A program made the translations under genes and the position numbers. Below the pieces are notes generated by a model. It saw nothing but the letters and a program-made list of their open reading frames with translations. It had not been told where the DNA came from and made no database searches. DNA of 63,928 nucleotides, the filler included, from Squatina squatina (Eukaryota): NCBI GenBank assembly GCA_031763465.1. It is 3 parts of 3 records of this genome, joined end to end, with 100 filler letters (N's around TTAATTAATTAA, not from the genome) between each part and the next. Parts side by side here need not be neighbours in the genome. Positions count along the whole stretch, not along the records: positions 39,224 to 63,928 come from JARFOE010000001.1; 2 more parts are not named here. One strand, written 5' to 3'. This document shows, one piece after another, positions 39,180 through 51,199 of the stretch (position 1 is the stretch's first letter; each line of letters opens with the position of its first letter).

Positions 39180-42145
39180 NNNNNNNNNNNNNNNNNNNNN
39201 NNNNNNNNNNNNNNNNNNNNNNNTACTGAATTTGGATGATCAGCCATGATCATATTGAATGACGGAGCAGGCTCGAAGGGCCGAATGGCCTACTCCTGCT
39301 TCTATTTTCTATGTTTCGACTCAAATCCACACAAGTACAGTGCTTCCATTGCCAGATATGGAAGTGCATAAGCTCTTCCCCAAAGGGGCGTGGTTCATTT
39401 AAACCTAAATTTAGCTCAGGTTAGCAACAGCCAGTCTCAACTGGGCCACATAAGCGCACACAGCACAGCTGGAATTTTACCGGCAATAAATTACGCAGCC
39501 TGTCAGCACAAAACACACGTGGCAGGAGCCACAACTCCAACGACCAGGTCCTGGCAACGAGCTAGGCTGGTTGGTCAATCAACACCACCTTGGGGTACTG
39601 CAGATCTTCCTGGCTCAGTATTGGAGGAGTCAGCCTGCCACAGCAGATCGACTCATCAATAAGCATTTACCGTGGGTCATCACAGCCCCAAGAGGCCCTT
39701 CCAACTTCCCCAACCTCCAAGGATACAAAAAGAAACAAACCCACTGAGAGCGATAAAGCCTCTGAGGTGTTTACCTTGTTGTGTGGCTTCAGGAACATGG
39801 AATCTTTCACCCTTCCAAATCGAAAAGCAACACACAGGATGTCAACTTCTGTATAGCCGTCCTCGGGTAGATTGCTTATGTGAACTAAATGGTCATATAC
39901 AGTGCACCCTTCCTACGTGAAGAGAACGAGGAGACCAAGGAAATAAAAGGTAAGCAATCAAGAGGTGATGAGCAACACTGCGCAGTCGCAATACAGCTTG
40001 TATCAGGAATTTAAGACAATGCAGGGCACCAGGTTTTGCTGCCTCCCAACTTGAGCATAGCGTCCCTTCTGTGGTCAGGGCACACTTCCACTGCCTCCAG
40101 CAGCTTTCTGGCCACACTTCACATGCAAGTCCAAACAGNNNNNNNNNNNNNNNNNNNNNNNNNNNNNNNNNNNNNNNNNNNNNNNNNNNNNNNNNNNNNN
40201 NNNNNNNNNNNNNNNNNNNNNNNNNNNNNNNNNNNNNNCCAAATGTCCAAAAATAGTTTGGCGGTTCCACAAGACATACAGCACTTCTGTGCCATATGGC
40301 TCAGCCCAGCCTGAAGCTGGGTTGAGCTCAGTAGCTCAAACCAATAAAGAACTTCACAACCAACCCAAGGCCCCAAAAATGGCAGTCTGAAGGCAGGGGT
40401 AAATTTGACTCATTGTTGGCAGCACGGTAGTTTCAGCAACAGGCTGTGCACACCTCGCAATCACCACTTCTGATGTAGATGGAACCTGCCATTCTGAAGA
40501 TTTATACCTTTAAAGTTGCAGTCCTGTAAATTCTCAGGTACGAGCCTGAGTATGCGACCCTGCTGTCGAAAATACTTCACGGACTCCTATCTGAATGTGC
40601 AAACCTGGATTATTATTTCATACTCACCAGCGTACAGTAAGCACACCTTAAAACTTATAGAAACTTGCAAAATACCTTTAGGATCCAAAATGATGACCTA
40701 ACTAGCCTGTCTCCACAGTTTGTGGATTTCAAGGACTTCTTCCACATCAGGCCAGACAATTTTCCTGANNNNNNNNNNGAGCAAGGTGGCTGGTTAACAC
40801 AGCATTCTCTTCAAGTCCTTGAGAAGAAAAAGATTGAGATACACAATGACTTTCACCATCTTGGATGAGCAGCAGATCCTGGAAATGGCAGTGGAGATAA
40901 GCAAAGCAGGACAGCAAATCAGCACACTAACCTTCCACATTATCTTATAAGAGTTACCTTTTTGATTCTCCCAATTGGGCAACCTGGGCTTATCATAGTG
41001 ATACATGAAGATGCAAAAGAAGTGAGGGAGTTTTAAATACCGATTCAACACCGAAGAAACCACCAACATATTGTGTATTATTATTGCTACTCAGCTGGGA
41101 GTAGTCAGCCAACAGTGAATTAAATTTAATAGTTAAACGCTTTTCTAAAAAAAAGTCATCCGTAACAGAACAAAAATAAAAGTGACGAGTTGTGGATCAG
41201 AAATTCTGCTGCAGCCTAGCAGGTATTCTATAGAAAGAATCAAGAGTACTGAGTGCTTATAAACATACGTAGCGGCACAGTTTGAAAATGTCATCTGCCC
41301 ACCAGCATGCATTATTGAAACCTTAGTGACAACAGTCCCGTCTTCTACTGTGATGTAATCCAGGAACCCGCACTTACGGTAGTGTGAACTTTCTCCATCT
41401 CAAATCAGAGCAGCGGGTCTGAGAAGGTTCATTCAGTTACAATTTCGCATTAAATCAACGGTCTTGCTTCTGGGAAACTACTGACTGAATCTCACCAGCA
41501 GTGAGAAATACAGAGCTGAAAAATATCTACCATTTCTATCTTCATATTTTAGGGGACTTAGAAGGGCTTTCCACACATGTCGCCACAACTACCTGCAGCC
41601 ACTCTGCTACCAAGAACATATAGGGGGCGATTTGATTAGATTTCCCGCACCCGTCGATCCTTTCCACCCACTAAACTGAGTACTGCAGTGATTGTTGTCC
41701 CCACCGTCCAGCATGAAAGACTGAGCACCTCAGCACAATGCCATTATGACCATGAGACACCAGGCTCAACTGGTGGCAGAACTAGCAGGACACCACAGGG
41801 ATTGACTGGAAGATTTGCTACAATTATTTTTATTCTGTTTTAATTAAAAATATAATTGGTTTGGGGGGGAGGGGGGGAACTGAAGTATTGAAATATTTAT
41901 CCGCATTAATACCTAGTTGGAAGACGAGTGTCATGGCTTTATGTTCTTCTCTGCATGTGCAGAGATCAATTAAATTCCTAAACGCATACCTGCCAAATAA
42001 AAAGACAAACATGCCGTACCACTGGGACTGCTATCCAGTCAATGGTGACCTTACAGGCACACTACAGAAGGTTGCGACCCACAAACACTATGCCTGTTAA
42101 GGAAGCAAATTATAAGAAAAGGCGAACTATGTAACAAACACTCAC

Positions 42146-43550
42146 CCTCATTTGTCTACATTCTACGTTACACAAACTGCACACNNNNNNNNNNNNNNNN
42201 NNNNNNNNNNNNTAGTAATCATTCATCAACTTGGGTTTTGGCAATCCCTTCTTCACCACTAGAACTGTTCGTTTGAGTCCATGAGTAGACTCATCTTGCG
42301 GAGGCTCCATTGGAAAACTCTGAGGTGGACGTTTAAAATCTTCATTCCAGGTACCCTCTCTCAGTGTTTCACGACTGTAATGCATGCTCTGGCTCTCCAT
42401 AGGTCTATCCCGATAGTCGTACTGTTGCCCATGCCCGTAATCTACCACGCTGCTCTGTACTTCTCTTCTGTAGTCTTTATCTTGTAGCTTGTACGGCTGT
42501 TCGAAACTGCTAGATGGTTGCTGCTTGTTCATTTTCCGCATTCTTATTTCTCTTAAAATGTAGGGCATGTTTTCTGGAGTAAGCTTCTCATCTGGGTAAC
42601 GACTGAGCTCTTCCAGATCTTCATTAGACAGGCCAAAATTTGCCAAGATATTGGAAGCCTTCATTGTGTCATGAAAACGCTGAACTGCAGATCTCTGGTC
42701 TCCACTTTGAGGTGCAGGCGTCCCAGTGTTCCCATACCCTGGCCGAAAACCTCCAGATGAAGGACTCTGGTAGGAGGACCACTGACCTAAGCCTACATTA
42801 TTCCCAGGTTGATTCATCATTCCCATGTTCATTCCACCAAAGTTGCCTTGTGATCCTCCTTGAGCTCCCATTCCCACTCCTCTTCCGCCGCCTCCGCCTC
42901 CTCCTCCTCCTCCTTGAGCTCCCATGTAGGGTCCTGCAGTATTCATANNNNNNNNNNNNNNNNNNNNNNNNNNNNNNNNNNNNNNNNNNNNNNNNNNNNN
43001 NNNNNNNNNNNNNNNNNNNNNNNNNNNNNNNNNNNNNNNNNNNNNNNNNNNNNNNNNNNNNNNNNNNNNNNNNNNNNNNNNNNNNNNNNNNNNNNNNNNN
43101 NNNNNNNNNNNNNNNNNNNNNNNNNNNNNNNNNNNNNNNNNNNNNNNNNNNNNNNNNNNNNNNNNNNNNNNNNNNNNNNNNNNNNNNNNNNNNNNNNNNN
43201 NNNNNNNNNNNNNNNNNNNNNNNNNNNNNNNNNNNNNNNNNNNNNNNNNNNNNNNTTGATTCTGCCCAAACTGGTTAGGTGGGCCTTGATTCTGCCCAAA
43301 CTGGTTAGGTGGGCCTTGATTCTGGCCAAACGCCCCTCTGGCATTGAACATGGACATGCTGATCTTCACAAGAGCTTGGTTCAGAGACGCAAGAGCTGTG
43401 TTGGATACAGTTGAGGAAGCGACAGAATTCAGCTGCTGTAGGGCCAGCTGGGCCTTTATCTGGGCGAGCTGTAAATTTGCTGAGCCTAACAGAAGCGGAC
43501 TGGTAATGCCGAGGTTCAATGAATTCACTGCTCCCTCCTCCCAGGCAGAC
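42146..43550 (-). CDS. ZNF638: Zinc finger protein 638 (matrin-3/RBM20 family), large N-terminal exon with two internal gaps
   Basis: ILANFGLSNEDLEELSRYPDEKLTPENMPYILREIRMRK and LP.P.LMNDY...CSLCNVEC match ZNF638 better than MATR3; bounded by acceptor ttctag and donor gtgagt. Confidence 0.87.
43256..43330 (-). repeat. Coding 30-bp tandem repeat (FGQNQGPPNQ) running into a gap
   Basis: Two identical copies of ttgattctgcccaaactggttaggtgggcc plus a partial third. Confidence 0.9.
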
Positions 43551-43784
43551 CTAGAACAACAGTTTGCACTGGAGCACCAAATTTCCAACCCACACTCCCT
43601 TCAAGGGCAAATTCTAGGTTCGAATGCGGCAAATTTGCCCTTTGGTACAGATTGCGCTAGTCACGCAGTACATGGCTAACTTGTTGATGACATCCAGCTC
43701 TATTTCTCCATTACTTTTTACGACTTCTCTAATCCATCTGTGCTGTCAAACGACTTGTCGCACATCCAAAAGAAAGAAAAAAAG

Positions 43785-44090
43785 TCTTACATTTATATAG
43801 CGCCTTTAACGACCACCAGATGTCTCAAATCGCTTTACAGCCAATGAAGTACTTTTGGAATGTAGTCACTGCTGTAATGTGGGAAATGCGGCAGCAATTT
43901 GCACATAGCAACTCCCACAAACAGCAATGTTATAATGAACAGAGAAGCTGTTTTTGTTATGTTGATTGAGTGATAAATACTGGCCAGGACACCGGGGATA
44001 ACTCCCTGCTCTTCTTTGAAAAAATAGTGCCATAGGATCTTTCACATTCACCTGAGAGGTTTAATGTCCCATCTGAAAGACAGCACAGCA
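43785..44090 (-). mobile_element. L2-tailed SINE, 3' portion
   Basis: Reverse tail ttacatttatatagcgccttt; body shared with the 35270, 61300 and 63710 copies. Confidence 0.75.
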
Positions 44091-44190
44091 NNNNNNNNNN
44101 NNNNNNNNNNNNNNNNNNNNNNNNNNNNNNNNNNNNNNNNNNNNNNNNNNNNNNNNNNNNNNNNNNNNNNNNNNNNNNNNNNNNNNNNNN

Positions 44191-47100
44191 GCAGAAAGTG
44201 ATCAATTGAAACACCAAGAGAGAGCCCTTTCTCAGGAAATCATGGGAACTCTGGTAACCACAGATTTACACACTGACATAAAAGGATTTGTCAAGGCCAG
44301 CCTTTTAACTTCTGCTTCTTGCTTTAAATCTCGTGTTGAGCGCAGCTGCATTGAGACTCTGTTGGACAAAATAAACGTCTCTATCACTAAGTTTGGTGGC
44401 CCTGTTGAAGTATCGTCACTAGCAGACTGGAAGGCAGGATTACAGGCCCAAGACAGCACCTGGCGAGTCATTGATCGTGGCGCTGTTCACCACCTCGTTC
44501 CTGTCTGGAAACTAATTGTTCAGAACCATAGAAAAGACTTTAAAAATTACCAGTTATTAAGTGAAGCCTTGCAGAGATGCTGGGAGAGGAAGACTGGGCT
44601 AAAGGATGAAGGTGCAGGCATTGCAGAAGTGATGGAAGTTAATACCAGTGTTCAGGATCTGGTGCAGCAAGTAGGCAAATGGAATACAGCCACTGAATCA
44701 GAGTTTGTTACAAACTGTATTAGAAACATTTCCCAGTGTGTTCAGATCAAATCCTCTCTGAGGAAGCACTTGTCAATAAAGACAGTCAAATTATGGTACC
44801 GTGAGTTTATCTGCAAAAGCTCCATTCAGATGTTCATCAGTAAAGTTTTAGAGTGTATAGCAGGGAACAGCTTTGTGGGTGAGGCTAAAGCATACCTGAA
44901 GGTCCGACTATCAGACCTGCTGCAGCCTCAAGCAATGATCGAGAGCCTGGATTTTCCAAATATTTCATCAATCTTGCTGCAGCTGACAGACATTCCCACT
45001 GATGAGGGAGAGTTAACCTTTTCCAGTTTTGAAGAAGCAAGAGAACACATCAAGGAACTCGAAAGAAAGTTGTAGGGAGAAGATTTTGGGAATAAATGCC
45101 AAAGAAAAGCCCGCGATGAGCTGCAGAAAGCAGTATTTGAGCTACAATGCCTGTACAAACGAAATGGGGATCAAAACACATCTCTCCTCTTGATTGCACT
45201 TCTGCACCCAGTGTCCCACCAACCAAGTGGAATACTGAAACCGGTTCTGACAGAAGACGACCGTAGATATCTTATCTCCCAGTTAGATGAAATTGAAACC
45301 TACAGAAGACAGATGAAGACAATGGAGGGGACACAGTGCCAAGCCTTCCTACTCTACAAAGCACTGACTGCCAGAGTCACTGAGTCACAAAGTACGGACC
45401 CCACAACAGTACTGAAGACATTGTGTGCAGAAATGNNNNNNNNNNNNNNNNNNNNNNNNNNNNNNNNNNNNNNNNNNNNNNNNNNNNNNNNNNNNNNNNN
45501 NNNNNNNNNNNNNNNNNNNNNNNNNNNNNNNNNNNNNNNNNNNNNNNNNNNNNNNNNNNNNNNNNNNNNNNNNNNNNNNNNNNNNNNNNNNNNNNNNNNN
45601 NNNNNNNNNNNNNNNNNNNNNNNNNNNNNNNNNNNNNNNNNNNNNNNNNNNNNNNNNNNNNNNNNNNNNNNNNNNNNNNNNNNNNNNNNNNNNNNNNNNN
45701 NNNNNNNNNNNNNNNNNNNNNNNNNNNNNNNNNNNNNNNNNNNNNNNNNNNNNNNNNNNNNNNNNNNNNNNNNNNNNNNNNNNNNNNNNNNNNNNNNNNN
45801 NNNNNNNNNNNNNNNNNNNNNNNNNNNNNNNNNNNNNNNNNNNNNNNNNNNNNNNNNNNNNNNNNNNNNNNNNNNNNNNNNNNNNNNNNNNNNNNNNNNN
45901 NNNNNNNNNNNNNNNNNNNNNNNNNNNNNNNNNNNNNNNNNNNNNGAAGACACACAGGCTTCTGGGATCAATCCTCTAGATGTCATCACTGCCATTTTCC
46001 TCTGTGCGGACTCCTTTCTGCAGCAGGAGCTGATGCTGAAGATGTCCCTGTGCCAGTTTGCATTGCCTTTTCTGCAGCCAGATGGGGCCAGTTATACTGC
46101 AGATCAGCAGAGGGGCACAGATGGGCCTGGTACCACCCTTCTCCTCTGGGCCATGCGGCCTATTGTTAAAATGTGGTGCCCGGAATCCCTTACAAGCAGC
46201 AGCAGCTTCGTGCAGGAGACCATCGTGACTGCAGCCATGCCGACCGTTTCCTTCATCAGACTTGGAATGGCAGCATCTCCAAATCCAAAATTCTCAACCT
46301 TACCTTGAGCCAGACACAGCTGCAGCAGAATATCTTCCTGCACTCTGAGATGGAATGTGGGAATGTGCCCCGTGGAATATCCGATGGACTAGCTGAGATC
46401 TCCTGGTATCTTCCTTCTGGGAGAAGGAATTTGGACATATTCCCGGAGGCTGTTGCATTCATCAATCTCCGAGGCGATGCTGAAACTCACCAGAGAAACA
46501 CTCGGTTTCTCGCTAAAGTCTCCGCCGCTCTCTTTATTTTCATTGATGTTATCGGTGAGAAGGAAAGAGAATTCCTCACTTCTCTCGCACAGTCACCAGC
46601 AAAATTCTTCCTCATAATAAACTCCAAAAATCAGCAAATAACCCCGGAGCAGACAAAGAAACTGTTCAAAGATCTGAAGTTACAACCTCAACAATGTATT
46701 GTTCGGACAAATATAAATGATGCAAAACTTGTGGAAAATCTTCGTTCCAAAATAAAACCAATAATTCCGACTCGGGAAGGAGAGCAGACCTTCCTGTCCC
46801 AGGAGCAAATGGCTGGCATCGCGAGGGAAAGTGGGATTCGGGTCGATGAACATCATCCTAAAATACAACAAGCCAAAAAACTGGCCTCCGATATATTGGG
46901 AGGACTTGACCCTGGAGACATTCCTGGGTATAAACGGAGAGTGTTACCCTTTCATGGTGAGCCCTGGCAAGACTGGTCTAGGGCTGAGAAAGAGAAGTCT
47001 CGCATGAAACTCCGTGGGAACAAGACCACAGAGGAATATAGATATGAGCTGGACCAAAAGAAGCAACGAATCCGAGAAGCTCAGTTCAAGCAGAGTCGCT

Positions 47101-47310
47101 CAGGAGAGCTGCAGAAGTTCATTTCAGTGCTGACCACTGGTGGGGATGACAGGACCCTTGTCCTACAGTGGATGAAGCTGCAGCTGGACAGTAAATCAAC
47201 AGAAATTATGTCAAAATTGTGTAGTAGTTATAAAGAGCTGAGCAAAGACTCAAAGCAGAAGACGAGTGAGCTGAGGGACTTGGATCAGAAGATGTCTGAT
47301 AGTTCCCTGG
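44191..47310 (+). pseudogene. Disrupted, intronless very-large-inducible-GTPase family gene (GVIN1/URGCP-like)
   Basis: GGP..SLADWKAGL....TW.VIDRG...VPVWKLI (GVIN1-like); INPLDVITAIFLCADSFLQQELMLKMSLCQFALP and ISDGLAEISWYLPSG..IFPEAVAFINLRGD (URGCP-like). In-frame TAG at 45073-45075, 1-bp frameshift near 46266, homology lost after SDSSL (47310). Confidence 0.82.
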
Positions 47311-48800
47311 ACTGCGTCCCTTCCTCTGTGACCACTTCGGTCTCTGTGGATGAAGGCTCATCTGAAAGAAACAATGGCACAGCAGATACATGAGGGTGAG
47401 GGAGGATGGGAGGTGCAATGGGGACAGCCTTGCTTCCAACATAACAATGGCCTGCATACGGAGGCCATACAAACAGAAGCTGGAATGCAATTGAAGGACT
47501 TTGTCATTTAGCCACATCTGCAGGGGGAGGTGGCACGCCTCTCCTTGTCACTAGCTCCCCAGCATCCCCTCCTATAATGCAGGCAATGTCTTGCTCGAGG
47601 TCAGACAGTGGGATTTCTTGGGCTTCACCGCCTCCAGCCCAAATTTGCTCCGCTCTGTTTCATGAGAGCTTGGCCTGCATATAATAGCACAAGTGCAATC
47701 GGGACCATTCTTCTCACACATCGTCACATTCCGGAGCCGAAATTCATTCGTGCCCCGTTGGGTCGCTTGCAGGGTGGGAACTGGCATTCCTCGCGCCGGC
47801 TCCCACCCCGCATGCCACAGAATTCATTGTTCAGGGGCAGGAGTGAGCTGCAGCGTGCTCCCAGTCGGAACTGGGGCGGCTGGCCTGGAACATCGCTGGC
47901 GTGGCCTCAATGCCAAGTCAGCTACATCATTTGCGCCGCACCAGCGCGCTGACATCAGGAACACTGCCGGGCCTCCCTTAAAGGGGAGGGCCGCCAGCCA
48001 TCCTGACAGCGCCCTGTGGCCTGCCACTGAGCCACCAGGGTCGCCGGAGACCAGCCCACTGGCCGTGGGATGCCATCATTCGGCTGCAGGCTCATAGGCC
48101 CTCCCCTTTAAGAGGGCGCTGCAGCCACATCCCTCAAGTGAATTCCGCATGCAGGACGTAAATGGGCTGCAAAGGGGGTCGCAGCTGTGCAATGCGGGTC
48201 AGCGCACATCTTTATGATGTCACGCGCCAATCCGCTGTGGAATTCAGCTAGCCAGGCGCAAGGGCCTTTGTGCCCCAGCTAAATTCCCCGGGAGGAGAGA
48301 TGGCCACCTCCCGGTGTCATTTTGTCCTGTTTCGCCCCATTAGCACCCCTCGGAGGCACTAATTGAACACAACAGGAGATGACTTTCCAGCCCTCCATGT
48401 CCTCACAAAGAAACTGTGTCATTTGTCTCAAGGCTAATGATAACCATTGCATCATTGTCATATCATAAATTATTACATTTGCAAAAGCCATTACAATCAC
48501 GCCACTTTAAACATGCCTGATCATTGAAGACAACATTACATTCACCTTCACTAAATGAGTAAAGTTGTTAAATTTCTTGTGGCATTGAGGTCCTGTACGA
48601 GCCACCACATCAGAGGCTGAGACCTCCTTAGCGATTTCCCTCCAATGGCCCCTCAGAAGCTGGGCACTTCATCTTCAGCCGCCAGTGACGAATAGCCTGT
48701 CCATGTGGTCACAAGAGTCTCAAGGGCCATGCCTGAGAAATTGGGAGCCCTGGCCTTTCTTCCCCCAGCTGCCGTGCTTTGAAAACCAAACTACTGTTCC
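47311..48800 (-). mobile_element. PIF/Harbinger-type relic(s), including a degenerate Myb/SANT-like exon (48546-about 48765) and a GC-rich segment with internal inverted repeat
   Basis: RKARAPNFSGMALETLV..(frameshift)..WREIAKEVSASDVVARTGPQCHKKFNNFTHLVK|gtgaat; inverted pair cccttaaaggggagggcc / ggccctcccctttaagaggg near 47975 and 48097. Boundaries approximate. Confidence 0.6.
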
Positions 48801-50374
48801 AGTCACCTCCACTAAACAATCTCTACTGTTGCTGTTACAAATCTAAGCAGGCAGTAGTACACTAGTCCCCATGTGAGATTGCATTCATCGAAGTAAAGCT
48901 AGACCCACACAGAGAGATAGAGCTGGTCAGTGCTGGGTGACCCCTCTACAAACATACTGCTTACAATCTGGTTGCTTTTGCACACCCATAGAAAGCTTTC
49001 ATTAGTTCTGAGAGACCGATTATAGAAATCTGTTCTTCCAGAGACTGGCATCGCATTATTGGTTGGAATTTCTTTTGAATCCAGCCAAAAATTATGAGCT
49101 AAAAGTCTCCTTTCTCCGAGACTCCGGGATATCCCCAAGATTAGGAACACTCAGCCTTGCTTGGGGTGGGTGAGTTACAATGTAAAACAGCCCAGAATGA
49201 GCACAAATTTGCATTGTTGGTTTGCATGGGAAATAGGAAGATTGGGCAGATGGAGCATTGACCATTCCGAGATTGTGTGAAGTAGAGAGCGAGTTTCACC
49301 TTCACAATAGCCGACCTGAGATTGTTTAGACATAGAAACATAGAAAATAGGAGCAGGAGTAGGCCATTCGGCCCTTCAAGACTGCTCTGCCATTCAATGA
49401 GATNNNNNNNNNNNNNNNNNNNNNNNNNNNNNNNNNNNNNNNNNNNNNNNNNNNNNNNNNNNNNNNNNNNNNNNNNNNNNNNNNNNNNNNNNNNNNNNNN
49501 NNNTTCTTCTAAATTCTAGTGAATATAAGCCTAATCGGCCCAATCTCTCTTCATACGTCTGAAGTCAGAAGAGCCTGTAAGTTGCTGCAAGCCTTTAAAT
49601 CTTGCAGTAGCACCTGATTATCTACCTCTCCCGGCCCCCCTCACCCTTCCCCCAACCCCGATGGGGATGGTTTTCCAATTCCTGAAGCTTGTTCGTCACA
49701 GTCTAATTACGCTGAGTCGGAAAATGCAACCGGGGTCCGTGCACAACAGGGGCCACTGGCCTCGTATTTCTAATGCATGCTAAGGCACAGGTGTGGCATT
49801 CGCTTTGCTTGTTAACTGCTCGCTACGCAGCGAATAACATGGACATCGCTGAGGATTTATTTCCTTCCTACGTTCTGTTCGTTTCTCCCATTTTACCTTG
49901 GTGATAAAGCACCAGAGGGAACTGGCAGAGCTNNNNNNNNNNATGAACAAATCTTCCAGAGAACCTGCACTGAAGCTGTGGCACCAAGTCCTTTGCCGTT
50001 AGATACATAAAGTGATCGCAAAAAGCTGGGCCGAGCTGTTAATGGGTAAATGTACAAACCTGGAGACTTTTTCAAAGAAGTTTTCAATACAGCACAAAAA
50101 CAGCCTGAAATGCATAAGCAGTTCTCCTGCAGTTAAGCAACCAAAGTCAACAAATGAGGGAAAAAACAAGCATCACACAGTCTGTAACTGCAAACCCGCG
50201 GCTCGGAACCAAATCACACAGACGGATGTGGGAGGCTGCAATAGACTCGTGACATTTCAAAGAGGTTGGTCCCTGTGAAATTCTCTAGGCTCTGTGTGAG
50301 TGTATTTACAGACAGGCTGAGCTCTCCTGCCAGTGTCTCCCAGCGCCTGGGCCTTTGCTCTCGTCCCTCGGCAC

Positions 50375-50506
50375 TTACACCTGGACATAACGAATGATCT
50401 CACTCAGGTCATATCCTGCCACTGCAAAGGCATTTCCTTGCGGGTCACAGAACTTGGCTCCGCAGATCTGAACGTCGGTCACGCACTCCGTGTGCCCGTG
50501 CTCCAC
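50375..50506 (-). CDS. WDR54: WD repeat-containing protein 54, last coding exon
   Basis: ttcgcag|VEHGHTECVTDVQICGAKFCDPQGNAFAVAGYDLSEIIRYVQV*, matching the recalled WDR54 C-terminus. Confidence 0.9.
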   Translation of the reverse strand: MEHGHTECVTDVQICGAKFCDPQGNAFAVAGYDLSEIIRYVQV

Positions 50507-50908
50507 CTGCGAAGGAAAGATGTCCTTTTATATCCTCGGAAGGTCACAAGCTGGAGTTAACACTTCTTGATCAGTCTTTTCTGCCTTCTTCATGTTTGAT
50601 AGATCCAGTAAATGGTTTGGCATCTGCAGCCTCCGCTACATCTAGGCCTCAATCACAGCCCAGGCCTCTCCAACCTATCTATGCTCANNNNNNNNNNNNN
50701 NNNNNNNNNNNNNNNNNNNNNNNNNNNNNNNNNNNNNNNNNNNNNNNNNNNNNNNNNNNNNNNNNNNNNNNNNNNNNNNNNNNNNNNCTCACATCATCCA
50801 GCACCCCCAGTACAGCCCGAGGGCCTTCATTCACCCCTCGGCCCAGCCTATTTGAGAGGTGAAAGAACCTCATTCCCCGCTCTAGCAATGTAACCAGACG
50901 GCCCTTAC

Positions 50909-51133
50909 CTGCATGATTAAGGAGGTGCCATGCACGGTGCCTCCCTCCTTGGACTGCAGCTGCCTGTGAGAGAGGTTCAGGCCATCGGTGGAGGCGCTCA
51001 CCATGTTGACCACGCTGCCATGGATGACAGCAAAGTAGGTGAGGTTCTTATCAGTGATGGGCAGGATGCTGAGGTTGTTGTAGAGAGCAGAGGCACTGCT
51101 CTTAATCTGAATGCTCTTCTCCTTCTTGTACAT
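50909..51133 (-). CDS. WDR54: WDR54 first coding exon
   Basis: MYKKEKSIQIKSSASALYNNLSIL...NLTYFAVIHG...HRQLQSKEGG...IMQ|gtaagg versus recalled MFRWERSIPLRGSAAALCNNLSVL..NLTYFGVVHG. Confidence 0.92.
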
Positions 51134-51199
51134 CCTGCAACAACAAACATCTTGCTTTTGGTAAAACAGACCCACAGAGAGGTTGACAGCACAGGGTTA

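Noticed and set aside
40779-40880. Possible minus-strand exon after catttccag (DLLLIQDGESHC...)
   Set aside because: Interrupted by a gap, no donor seen and no recognisable product.
48962-49150. Minus-strand ORF ending FLWVCKSNQI before a gtaagc donor
   Set aside because: No recognisable homology and a weak acceptor.
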